A stretch of DNA of 64,000 nt from contig JBFWUF010000044.1 in NCBI GenBank assembly GCA_050247435.1, positions 321 to 64,320 on the forward strand. The letters run 5' to 3'. The notes beneath the pieces are model-generated. The model was not told the origin of the DNA, made no database searches, and saw only the letters and a program-made list of their open reading frames with translations. Each line of letters begins with the position of its first letter. The first letter of the stretch is position 1. Both the position numbers and the translations under genes were made by a program. Source of the DNA: Blastocatellales bacterium. GTDB lineage: Bacteria > Acidobacteriota > Blastocatellia > RBC074. This document shows positions 48,944 through 57,649 of the stretch, piece by piece.

Positions 48944-50134
48944 CTATTGGTCCGCTCCGCTATGAAACAAGACAGGCTGTGAAGTCACTTCTTTCGTCAT
49001 CCCTTTGCTCTCCTGATTCCAAACCAGGCTCTTATACTGCACCAGCAGGTAATTTGAGAGTAGTTGTATATCCTTAGATGTATTTTGAATCTCGTTCCAC
49101 TTGCGCTGACAGCCAGGGCCGAAATCCCAATATCCATCAGTCCACCTGCAGACTTCTCGTATCGGCTCGAGGTCGGCGGCGAACTGATTTTCAGTCGGAA
49201 TGGTCATTCGGCGATGACGCTCCGCGATGGCATCCATCAGAAACCCTAAGCTGATGATTCCTGCTCCATGTACCAGCCGAGAACGGCGTGGTGGCAAATC
49301 CCACGCCTGATCGAAGACCTTCCTGACTGCCCCCCAATAATTCCGCAGTACATTCATGATACTGTCTACGTCACCAGGGCCGTCTGGCGTGTAACGAAAG
49401 CGATAAAGAACCCCGTCGCTCAGACTGTTCTCCAACATCTTGAGAATGGAATTATCCTTGATATTCCCTAGTGGAGTGGTTGGAGTTTGGATACGTCCTT
49501 TGAGTGGAGAGTCTTCTTCGTGATTGAGTAGATCAAGCAGGTAGGCGGGAAAACGTCGGCGTTGTAGCAAGTTTGGCAACGCAGCTTCCGTGTTCGGGAG
49601 CAGTTCGTAAATCAATCCCTTCGGCAAGGGCTTAGTGGAATTGACCAAAATGAATTGCTCAGTTTGTTCGTGAACTTCGCTTGTAATAAACGCAGTGACG
49701 CAGATCGGGAACGATTCAATATCAGCGTCACGAATCGCGGCCAGACGTTGTTGGCCATCTACGATGAAGCCCGGTTTGTCTTCAGACGCGAGGTTAGTAT
49801 CAATCGGAATGATTAGCGTCCCGATTCTGGTGTATGCAATTGTAGACATTGATTCGCTAGATGTTTCAAAGCGGATGCGGGTATCGAAAGCAATTACAAC
49901 GGCATTGGGTACCATTGGAGATTCGCTTTCAAGGTAGTTCCTGATCTCCGCTATGTGTGAAAGCACTTCTGGGCGTTGATACCCACTCAGGCTGTTTCCC
50001 TCCTCGCGGCGGATGCGGGAAACAGTAGCAAAATTTGAAATCAGTTTGCCATCAATGGCGAAACTGTACAGCAAGCGATCCGCCCCTTGTCGCACTTCAA
50101 TGGCCGGAACTCGTAGTTCAGTTAGACCAGACAT
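48944..50134 (-). CDS. dpdB: DGQHR-domain protein (DndB/DpdB-like), paralog 1
   Basis: GFIVDGQQRLAAI (DGQHR signature, here DGQQR) and GYQRPEV motif. Directly downstream of and coupled to dpdA. Confidence 0.7.
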   Translation of the reverse strand: MSGLTELRVPAIEVRQGADRLLYSFAIDGKLISNFATVSRIRREEGNSLSGYQRPEVLSHIAEIRNYLESESPMVPNAVVIAFDTRIRFETSSESMSTIAYTRIGTLIIPIDTNLASEDKPGFIVDGQQRLAAIRDADIESFPICVTAFITSEVHEQTEQFILVNSTKPLPKGLIYELLPNTEAALPNLLQRRRFPAYLLDLLNHEEDSPLKGRIQTPTTPLGNIKDNSILKMLENSLSDGVLYRFRYTPDGPGDVDSIMNVLRNYWGAVRKVFDQAWDLPPRRSRLVHGAGIISLGFLMDAIAERHRRMTIPTENQFAADLEPIREVCRWTDGYWDFGPGCQRKWNEIQNTSKDIQLLSNYLLVQYKSLVWNQESKGMTKEVTSQPVLFHSGADQ

Positions 50135-51430
50135 TCAAATTATCTCCTGTTTGTTGGGTGATTCGATCCAGGCTGTGACGCCACTGCATTCTGAGATCTT
50201 TTCGGTGAGGATTCCCAGTTCACGCTGTAACCTGCGATAAAAAACCCAGACATTGTGCAGGCCGCGTCGCCGATTGCGCTCAGCGCCTCGGAACAAGATG
50301 ACGTGATAGCCGATGCGCTGGCAAACATCACAGGGGCAGTGCAACCAGGGGCGATTCGTCAATACTTCCCTGTAAGTTTCCTGCATATCACGCCCCGGTT
50401 CGCAAAAATGATCGTAAGCAATAATTGCCTCAAGCGTTTGGTCAAGAGTGTATTCACCTATATCAAACTTTTTCAGTGCAGTTAGACAAGCCTTTTCAAG
50501 CTTACGAGCGTGATCTTGCGAAACCTGCCCCGATTTGATCCGCTTTTGTAATTGCGGATTACCTTCCACTTGTGGAACCCTAATGGCACTGTAAGTTCGA
50601 TCCATCGTATAAAAATTATCTTTCTCATCCTTAAATGCCTGTCGCAATGGTGAGGTGCTGTCGAAACTCGAGACGCCATAACCTATGAACGTTGGCAAAT
50701 GATCCGTGCGCGTTACACCGAGTAAATGCAGTTTTGTTTTTGGCTCTCTCACGTCAGCAATGGCAGCTAAGCAAGAAACGATCTCTTTCGTTTTCAGCGG
50801 TACCATGCCGCCGAGGGCAATGTATGTATAACCAATTCGCTGAAGCGATTGGACTGCACGTGCATAAGATAAAGGGCTCCATCCTTGGGCAACGCCAACT
50901 GGCTCAAAATCGAGTCTTAATGCGCGATGCCTAGCCAAAAACTCTGAAGCCAGTTGCAACGTGATTTCCTGGCGGCGAACAAATTCTGCCGGGACGGCAT
51001 CAGTTGCATTATCAAGATTCGCTTGATACGCAAGAATCACATGATCAACGGAGATTCCGTAATTGAACTCGCATTCGACATAAAACCGTATCACCTCATC
51101 AACTGTATAAGGAGGAACCTCCTCGCGCACGTAGGTGAAAGCTCCGCAGTCTCCCATAATCGGAAGATTGCGGGAACCTGTTCTGAAGAACTCAGGCGCG
51201 CCGACTCTCAGAAGTCTGTGCCGCTGGGCCATTGTGTAACGGCTGCCGTTGTTGCCGTAACCATCAACAATCCCTTTGGAAACGAGTAGTCCATCATAAG
51301 CCGCAGACGAAAACACTTCGTGAGCGTACATATCATCCCGATGACGCACGCGATCAGGAGAGCGATTCTCCTTCTCGAAGTCGAAACTAGGATCAACAAA
51401 GTCTTGACTATCCGGGAAAAAGAACTTCAT
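50135..51430 (-). CDS. dpdA: tRNA-guanine-transglycosylase-family DNA-guanine transglycosylase DpdA
   Basis: TGT hallmarks: LHLLGVTRTDHLP, FDSTSP, the zinc site CPCDVC...H, and YIALGGMVP. Encoded beside preQ0 synthesis genes and DGQHR proteins. Confidence 0.75.
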   Translation of the reverse strand: MKFFFPDSQDFVDPSFDFEKENRSPDRVRHRDDMYAHEVFSSAAYDGLLVSKGIVDGYGNNGSRYTMAQRHRLLRVGAPEFFRTGSRNLPIMGDCGAFTYVREEVPPYTVDEVIRFYVECEFNYGISVDHVILAYQANLDNATDAVPAEFVRRQEITLQLASEFLARHRALRLDFEPVGVAQGWSPLSYARAVQSLQRIGYTYIALGGMVPLKTKEIVSCLAAIADVREPKTKLHLLGVTRTDHLPTFIGYGVSSFDSTSPLRQAFKDEKDNFYTMDRTYSAIRVPQVEGNPQLQKRIKSGQVSQDHARKLEKACLTALKKFDIGEYTLDQTLEAIIAYDHFCEPGRDMQETYREVLTNRPWLHCPCDVCQRIGYHVILFRGAERNRRRGLHNVWVFYRRLQRELGILTEKISECSGVTAWIESPNKQEII

Positions 51431-52581
51431 TAACTAACCTTTCGTTTGTTGAGATATGCGCGAATCAGAAAATTGGACAACATGCGATGGTGAGTGGGCA
51501 AATTCTGAATTTCATTCCAGCGCAGACCGCCTAATCCCTCCCACACACCTCCAGTCCAGCGGCAGAAAGGTTGGATGCGTCCGAGTTCACGCTTGACCAT
51601 GGCCTGTGCTCTAGGGGCCTCCAGTTCGATCATCGGCATCACTCTGTCCATTAGTCGCCCCATCGCGCGAATCCCAACTCCATGCATCAAGCGACTCTTT
51701 TCCGGTCTTAACCCCCATGCCTCAGGGAAGGTGTCTCTGACAGCACTCCAATAGATGGTGAGTAAAGAGCGGACGCTGCTGAAATCAGTCACCCCAGTTG
51801 CCACATTGCGGAAGGGGAAGAGCACACCAGATGGCGAACTGAAGCTCTCCTGGAGCATTTTGATGATAACGGTATCTGTTACTACCGCCGTTTCTAGTTT
51901 CGCTTCGCTGGAAGAGGCTCTTCTGATCAATCCACAAAAAGGAGATTCGGGGTCCTGGTTGAGCAGTTCGCAAAGTGCTGACGGAACTTTTCGTGCCGCG
52001 AGATTAGCCGGTAAGGTGGTTGAAACTTCTGGCAGTAGTTCATCAATGAGTCCGCGTGGCAAAGGCCTTGTCGTGTTTACTCTCAGGAACTGGTCCCGCT
52101 GAAGATCCAAGTTGTCTGCAACGAAAGCATTGATAGGGACTGGAAATCCACTCCTCTTCTCTTTGCTTTGGGTGAGGGCCAGCGTGCGCTGTTGCCCGTC
52201 TACTATCCAAGCCGGTTTTGTCTCGCCAGGCTGTGGCAAAGGAATTTCAAGAGTCCCTGTCACCGCGCCACCTTTATCAACTTTAGGCCCCCTGCTCTCT
52301 CTAAACACTACATCAGACGAAAGTGCCAAAATAACAGAGTTGGGAAAGATCACCGTTCCACTGTCCAGATAGTCAACAATGTTCTGAATATGACGCTTAA
52401 CTTCGGGGCGTTGGTAACCAATCAGTTTCCCCTTTTCATCGCGCGAGACGCGGGAGATATCAGCGATTTGAAGTATCTCGTCTCCACTGAGTGAGAACAG
52501 ATAGAGTGGGTGTGCAGGGTCTTGATCAATACGCAACGCGCGTCGGCGGAGCATGGCAGGGCGTTTAATTTTCATCATCAA
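51430..52581 (-). CDS. dpdB: DGQHR-domain protein (DndB/DpdB-like), paralog 2
   Basis: AWIVDGQQRTLAL and GYQRPEV. Homologous over its full length to paralog 1 (shared motifs VN.T.PLP.GLI.ELLP, SRL.HG.GI, CRWT.G.W, W.EIQN). Immediately upstream of dpdA. Confidence 0.7.
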   Translation of the reverse strand: MMMKIKRPAMLRRRALRIDQDPAHPLYLFSLSGDEILQIADISRVSRDEKGKLIGYQRPEVKRHIQNIVDYLDSGTVIFPNSVILALSSDVVFRESRGPKVDKGGAVTGTLEIPLPQPGETKPAWIVDGQQRTLALTQSKEKRSGFPVPINAFVADNLDLQRDQFLRVNTTRPLPRGLIDELLPEVSTTLPANLAARKVPSALCELLNQDPESPFCGLIRRASSSEAKLETAVVTDTVIIKMLQESFSSPSGVLFPFRNVATGVTDFSSVRSLLTIYWSAVRDTFPEAWGLRPEKSRLMHGVGIRAMGRLMDRVMPMIELEAPRAQAMVKRELGRIQPFCRWTGGVWEGLGGLRWNEIQNLPTHHRMLSNFLIRAYLNKRKVS

Positions 52582-53537
52582 TCTCCTCTGACTTCCCAGT
52601 AAAGTTCCTTAAACCTGCTTTGTTCACAGGCAAAACCGCTGTCCCTCAGCCTTCTTAGAAGCATACTGCAACTTAACTGTGGAGTGGATTTCAGATTGAC
52701 CTTCACGAATTGTCGTACTTGGCGGTCTGTAATTTGCTGACGTTGAAAATTTTCTCTCTGCGGAGATTTCGCGATCAACGCCTCAATTCGTTTTCCGACA
52801 GTTTTGGCGTCAAAGCCCCAGGAATTTACTTTCTTCAGGATCAGGGACGCGACCCGTGCATGCAGCGAAACGCAACTGCCACCAAGGCGGGACTGTAACC
52901 GAGCACTTGAGCAAACAGAATGATGGCGTAATAACCCATTAGTGAGTTTAGAGGGTGAGGTCACAATCATCAATCTTTCTGGCGATGCGAGCGCCAACAG
53001 TGCAGACTGTAAATCCTTCTCAACTGCTGATAGGTAGTATGGAGACGCCACCAGTAGGAAATATGACCTCCTGGAGTTCATAAGAAGATCCGTCAATGAA
53101 TGCGGTTCGTCTTTACCACCGCCAGCGAATTGACACAAACTCCCCCACCAAGTCTGAAGCATGGGATCACGTGGTTGCTCTGGTATCGCGGTAGCGGTGA
53201 CAGAATCCAATTCATCGCTTGCGAAAGTGGCGGAGTATGGATGAATACAGGCGCTGGCCGGAACCAGACCATACCCAGCAGACATTATCCAGAGACTTGG
53301 CTTAAACCCAACTTCCTGTGCTAGAGTCGGCAACTCTTTAGTGACTACCCAGTGTTCACCGGCGTACAACCGCTCTGCTGCTGTCGTCGTCCCCCGATGA
53401 TCTGCCAGCCGACGGCACCACTCATGTACTCTGCTTTCTATATCATCGGTAGTAACGGTCCGAAGTTGCAGATCATTCGACACCGGCGCGGTTTTCCGGT
53501 TGGAGCAACTTACAATGATTTGCAGCGAAGGCTTCAT
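52578..53537 (-). CDS. hypothetical protein, first gene of the minus-strand dpd operon (possible DpdC-like)
   Basis: Overlaps the next gene's start (ATGA). No motif recognised. The AT-rich 450-bp region upstream is a likely promoter. Confidence 0.4.
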   Translation of the reverse strand: MKPSLQIIVSCSNRKTAPVSNDLQLRTVTTDDIESRVHEWCRRLADHRGTTTAAERLYAGEHWVVTKELPTLAQEVGFKPSLWIMSAGYGLVPASACIHPYSATFASDELDSVTATAIPEQPRDPMLQTWWGSLCQFAGGGKDEPHSLTDLLMNSRRSYFLLVASPYYLSAVEKDLQSALLALASPERLMIVTSPSKLTNGLLRHHSVCSSARLQSRLGGSCVSLHARVASLILKKVNSWGFDAKTVGKRIEALIAKSPQRENFQRQQITDRQVRQFVKVNLKSTPQLSCSMLLRRLRDSGFACEQSRFKELYWEVRGD

Positions 53538-53994
53538 TTCTCAGCAGGGTCACAGTTTTTCACATCTTGCAGAAGTGAAAATTTACATCAAAAAATATCA
53601 TAAGGCTAGCGTAGTTATGTCATGTTGATAAGATTAAGTAATTACACAAATCCCAACGCTCCCCTTTGACCCGTGCGAATGCATTGTGGTTGTGTATTCT
53701 TTATTGATTCAAGGCGCGAACCCTGAATTATTGAATACAATCATCAACCTGTGGCTCGATGAAGCTTTCGCGAGAATCGCCGTCTTTGACGGCCTTTTCA
53801 GTATTTCAGGTTTAAGCCGGAGGAGTGCTGGTCGCAAGCGATGCGCCGCAGATAAACGCTTCTCCACAAGCTTCACAGATTTGTGGCGCGCGCCGTTGAG
53901 GCAGAATTAAGTTAGTCAATTCTCGCAGCTTCATTGCGCGCAATCATATGACGCGGCGTCGCTTCTCACCATATCCGCAACACACGGCTCATCA

Positions 53995-56319
53995 TCATTT
54001 TTCTCGCTGTGAGCGATCCGGGTTCGGATTCATCAATCGCAGCAGAAGTGGTAATTCATCATCGGCCTCTTCGACAGAATCCTCATTGCGGACAACGCCG
54101 ATTTCTCTGGCGGCGATTGTGAGCCGGTTGATGTATTCTTGCCGGTCGTAGTTGATCGTCGCGTTTCGGTTAGTGGTTGCGACCCTCTCAGCTTTCTTTT
54201 TCGCCTTTGAATTCGTGATGACGTAACCGATCTTCTCGCCGGGACGCACATTCACGCCATCGGCGATCAATTCGCGCGCGGCTAATGACGCGCGCGTTTC
54301 GACTGAATAGTCTTCAATCTCGCGGCTCACTACTTGTTCGATGATCAGAAGCCTGGGATCAACCTTTCCGCTTTTGAGCTTGGCAAGACAGTCATCGTAG
54401 AGTCGTTTCGCTTCCTGTCGTTTCTGTTGCAATTCTTCAACGCTGTGGGCCTTTGCTAAGACAGCGAGCATCTGCTCCTGAGCCTGTTTGATAAATTCCG
54501 GCGTGTCGTGTCGCCGGCAGGCCAGGCCGCGAATCTTCATCTGTCCGTCGGTGAACACGCCGTAAAATCTCGCCGCGACCGGGCGTGAGGATTTGATCTT
54601 CGACGGCGTGAATACTAGCCAGCGGTAAACTCCTTCCAGGCTCATCTCGATTCCGGTTTCGCGCGTGATCATTTCGCAGAGTTCGAGCAGCCTTTCTTCA
54701 CTCGCGCCGGCTTTCCTGATCCACAAACTGTCAGTCAGCGCGTGAAGCATTTCGTAGCCTGCGCCTTCGGCAATCTCTTTCGCTCGTAGCAGCGTTTCTC
54801 GCCCCCAAGCGGTCACCCCTTCGTGCGCTTCAATGCGGCCGAAGCGGGCGCCCTTATACCCCATGTACCCGAAAGCCGTCACCAGCATCCATTTGATTGC
54901 GCCGCGCCGCGCGTCGTAAATCGCCCGCGTCCGCTCATCGGCGCTTTTCATCAGTTGTTTGAGCCGGTTTCGCCGCTCGATCAGCGGTTCGAGCGTGAGC
55001 GGGATCAAGCCGCGCCGTTTCTCGCAGATGTTGTATCCGGCTTCGGGCACGGCGATGTTTTCACAGCAAGAGCACAGCACGGTTTCAGGCGAGATGTTGC
55101 GCGTGACCATTAAAGAAGGATACATCGAGACGAAGTCTATCTCGATAACATCTTCGTGCTCGCCAACTGGCGGCTGGTAGGTCAATCCGCCCTTATCCAC
55201 GGTCAATAGCTGCAACGCGGTCTTGGGCTTTTCCGGCTCGCTCTTGCGCCAGGGGATCAGAATGCCGCCGGTGATCGCGCGGTACATCTGCATCGAGGTC
55301 ATCGCGGCTCCGGGGCTAACGCGACTCATTTTTTGCAAAGGCACCCGACTGAGCCGCGCCAGTTCCAGCAATCCTTCCATTCCGGTTTCGTGATGCGCGA
55401 ATGAATTCTCGCGGTCAATGTGCCAGCGTCCGAAGAGCGGGTAACTCGGCGGCTTGTAAACGATATTGCCGTAGCTGAAGTATGTGCGGCCCTCAGTCCC
55501 AATCTTGCGCTCGGTGAGCACCCGGTCACGATCGAGCCGCAGTTGCAGCTTCTCGCGTCCGGCAACATTCAGCAGCGCAGGAAACAGGGTCGAATCGCCG
55601 CGCTCGCTCAGGATCAGATCGGGATCGTATCGTTCGATGATTTCGTTGAAGGCGTTGATCGCCTTCGCGCCCGCGCTGGGGCGGAGGACGAATTCATCGG
55701 CTCCCACCGCAATGACGATTCTGCTGTCGCCGGTCAAGGGGCGCATCCGTTCACCACGCATCCGCAATATGCTGAGCGGCAACGGGGCGTGGTCAATATC
55801 CCACGGCGAGTTGGTCGCTGCGACTTCAATCAAGTTACCGTGCCGATCAAGCTCTGCGACCAGTCGGCACAGTGGAAAAAGGTGTTTGAGGTAGAGGTAG
55901 TGTTGCGCCGCCGCAATATCGAGGTTGTAAAACGTGACCTCGCGGTCGAGTTTTGCGGCGACTTCGCGTAGCTTCAGCAGGTTCGAGGAATCAGCTATGT
56001 CGAGTTGCATCACCTCAATTTCTTTGCCGCTCCAGAATTCAACCTTCTCGGCCCATCGCACGCCAGCGATCAGATCGCGCCGGCGCAGATCGGTTGCGAG
56101 TTGTTTGAGTTTTGTCCTGTCGCCGGAGGCGTAGACCGGTTGGCGCCACTCATCGGTCACGCGATGCAATCGCCCGTCGCCGTCGTAGACCCAGAGGGTA
56201 ACCGCCGAGCCAAGCTCGTCAACGTCGAACAGCCAGCCCTCCAGACGCTTGCGGATCGCGGGTTGAGGCTCGCGGTTTGAAGGCAGGTTACTTCTTTGCA
56301 TCGCGCAGTTCTTTTTCAA
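53995..56319 (-). CDS. family-B DNA polymerase (Pol II-like size, ~770 aa)
   Basis: Motif A IDFVSMYPSLM (DxxSLYPS) and exo-I-like FDVDE. By eye, motif B (KWMLVTAFGYMGY) and motif C (HALTDS versus YGDTDS) look divergent. Confidence 0.7.
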   Translation of the reverse strand: MKKNCAMQRSNLPSNREPQPAIRKRLEGWLFDVDELGSAVTLWVYDGDGRLHRVTDEWRQPVYASGDRTKLKQLATDLRRRDLIAGVRWAEKVEFWSGKEIEVMQLDIADSSNLLKLREVAAKLDREVTFYNLDIAAAQHYLYLKHLFPLCRLVAELDRHGNLIEVAATNSPWDIDHAPLPLSILRMRGERMRPLTGDSRIVIAVGADEFVLRPSAGAKAINAFNEIIERYDPDLILSERGDSTLFPALLNVAGREKLQLRLDRDRVLTERKIGTEGRTYFSYGNIVYKPPSYPLFGRWHIDRENSFAHHETGMEGLLELARLSRVPLQKMSRVSPGAAMTSMQMYRAITGGILIPWRKSEPEKPKTALQLLTVDKGGLTYQPPVGEHEDVIEIDFVSMYPSLMVTRNISPETVLCSCCENIAVPEAGYNICEKRRGLIPLTLEPLIERRNRLKQLMKSADERTRAIYDARRGAIKWMLVTAFGYMGYKGARFGRIEAHEGVTAWGRETLLRAKEIAEGAGYEMLHALTDSLWIRKAGASEERLLELCEMITRETGIEMSLEGVYRWLVFTPSKIKSSRPVAARFYGVFTDGQMKIRGLACRRHDTPEFIKQAQEQMLAVLAKAHSVEELQQKRQEAKRLYDDCLAKLKSGKVDPRLLIIEQVVSREIEDYSVETRASLAARELIADGVNVRPGEKIGYVITNSKAKKKAERVATTNRNATINYDRQEYINRLTIAAREIGVVRNEDSVEEADDELPLLLRLMNPNPDRSQREK

Positions 56320-56563
56320 GCTCGTCCACTCGGGCTTTTAGATGCCGAGCGTCTTTGAGCATCTCTATCAATACGGAGATGAAGATTGACTCCATCGGAT
56401 CGGGGTTGGAGGACTGCACCCCGGCCTGCACGTGCAGACGCGCGCGCTCGAAGATGTCGTCGAAGAGTTCCTGGTCCTGTTTGCGCAGCGTGCGGCGAAA
56501 CTTACTCAGCCGCTTCTGCTGGTCGGCTAGAACTATGCTGTATGGAGAGACAGTCCGCCCCAT
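56288..56563 (-). CDS. small helical hypothetical protein (91 aa) between the RecA-like gene and polB
   Basis: Strong RBS GGAGGTGGA. Its 3' end overlaps the polB start region. Confidence 0.55.
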   Translation of the reverse strand: MGRTVSPYSIVLADQQKRLSKFRRTLRKQDQELFDDIFERARLHVQAGVQSSNPDPMESIFISVLIEMLKDARHLKARVDELEKELRDAKK

Positions 56564-56653
56564 TCCACCTCCAATCGAGATGCAAAGAAGTTCACGGGGG
56601 TCGGGGCACAGAGCTTAAAGAGTCTTTGTCGAGAGTTTGACGATAACGCCCAA

Positions 56654-57244
56654 TCACTTCGCCAGCTTCAATTGATCGCGGCGGCGTTCGAGCGTGAAGG
56701 AATGCTCGTCTTCCAGCCGCATCACCACGTTCGAGGCGCGGCAGAGGTCGGTCAGGAAGTAAGCGCGTTTGGCGCCTTTCGGCGTTTCGCTCTGCGTGAA
56801 TAGCAAAGCCAAGCCCTCTCCCGACAGAGCGACGAGCCGCCGCAGCGAGCGATAAAACAACCGCGCCGCGTCGCTGTGCGTAATATCCTCGTCGTAGAAG
56901 GCCGTGCAGACGCCGGAGACAATGACTACCCCGAAAGCTTCTTCAGGGTTCAGGCGATGAATCAGTTCATCGAGTTGGTAGGCCGTAAAGGCTCGGGCAA
57001 CGAGTATACGGCTTAAAGCCTCTTCCTGGCTCTCGTCCAGCGACCTGACCAGTCTTGCAACCAGGTAAGGGTCGAAGCGGTTGTCGCCGGAAAGGAATAG
57101 AACCTTTTTGTATTCGCATGCCACCTGAGCGGCCAGATGTACGCCCAGTGTCCACGCGTGATCGCCGCAGACAACGACCATTCGCGCCGGGGACAAAGAG
57201 GCGCGCGCCACGAGCGGCGCGGAGCTTGTCGGCAGAGTTCGCAT
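56654..57244 (-). CDS. RecA-fold protein with a degenerate P-loop (ImuA/SulA-like), ~196 aa
   Basis: RecA-like order of elements: VVVCGDHAWTLGVHLAAQ (degenerate Walker A), VLFLSGDNRFDPYLVARL, GVVIVSGVCTAFYDED (Walker-B-like). The start is placed at ATG 57244 with a GGGAGG RBS 7 nt upstream. Confidence 0.45.
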   Translation of the reverse strand: MRTLPTSSAPLVARASLSPARMVVVCGDHAWTLGVHLAAQVACEYKKVLFLSGDNRFDPYLVARLVRSLDESQEEALSRILVARAFTAYQLDELIHRLNPEEAFGVVIVSGVCTAFYDEDITHSDAARLFYRSLRRLVALSGEGLALLFTQSETPKGAKRAYFLTDLCRASNVVMRLEDEHSFTLERRRDQLKLAK

Positions 57245-57412
57245 AACAATACCTCCCACGATATCGAACTTCTCGCGCCCGCGAACCCACTTGAACCGTA
57301 TACCCGAAATTTTGACGCGTGTTGGAGCGCCAATGACAACTGATGTGAATCTCGATTGATGGCTAAAAACGAAAGAGTGATGAGAAATTAGCGAAACATA
57401 GCTGAAATTGCA

Positions 57413-57464
57413 AATGATCCGGCGCGCTCACCGATTTTGGTTGGCGTCGTCATCCGGAAACAAC
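57413..57464. repeat. 52-bp direct repeat, copy A (50/52 identical to 63645..63696)
   Basis: AATGATCCGGCGCGCT[C/T]ACCGATTTTGGTTGGCGTCGT[C/A]ATCCGGAAACAAC. On the minus strand it encodes the last 11 codons (LFPD.DANQNR*) plus 20 nt of 3' flank of the HTH gene at 63660..63890. Confidence 0.85.
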
Positions 57465-57649
57465 TGCGCGCTGGCGGCGGGCGAGGACTTCGCGCGCGGC
57501 GTGCTGGGCGAACTGGAACTGCGCGCGGAGATCGAAGCGATGGCCAACGATCTGTACAAGCAGTTCGAGGATACGGACGCCTGGCGCCAACGCTATCCCG
57601 GATGGTAAGTTAAGCCGATTCGTTAGCCCACAAATGAGGGTTATGCGCA

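Noticed and set aside
57260-57330. LexA/SOS box upstream of the ImuA-like gene
   Set aside because: GTTC repeats are present (GTTC-N6-GTTC-N13-GTTC), but the spacing does not match the GTTC-N7-GTTC or CGAAC-N4-GTTCG consensus. It is kept only as a speculative note inside the PolB-cassette finding.
57408-57608. 66-aa plus-strand ORF overlapping the left 52-bp repeat
   Set aside because: No RBS and no motif. It overlaps the repeat and a minus-strand ORF. It is probably non-coding, or at most a C-terminal remnant of a disrupted gene.
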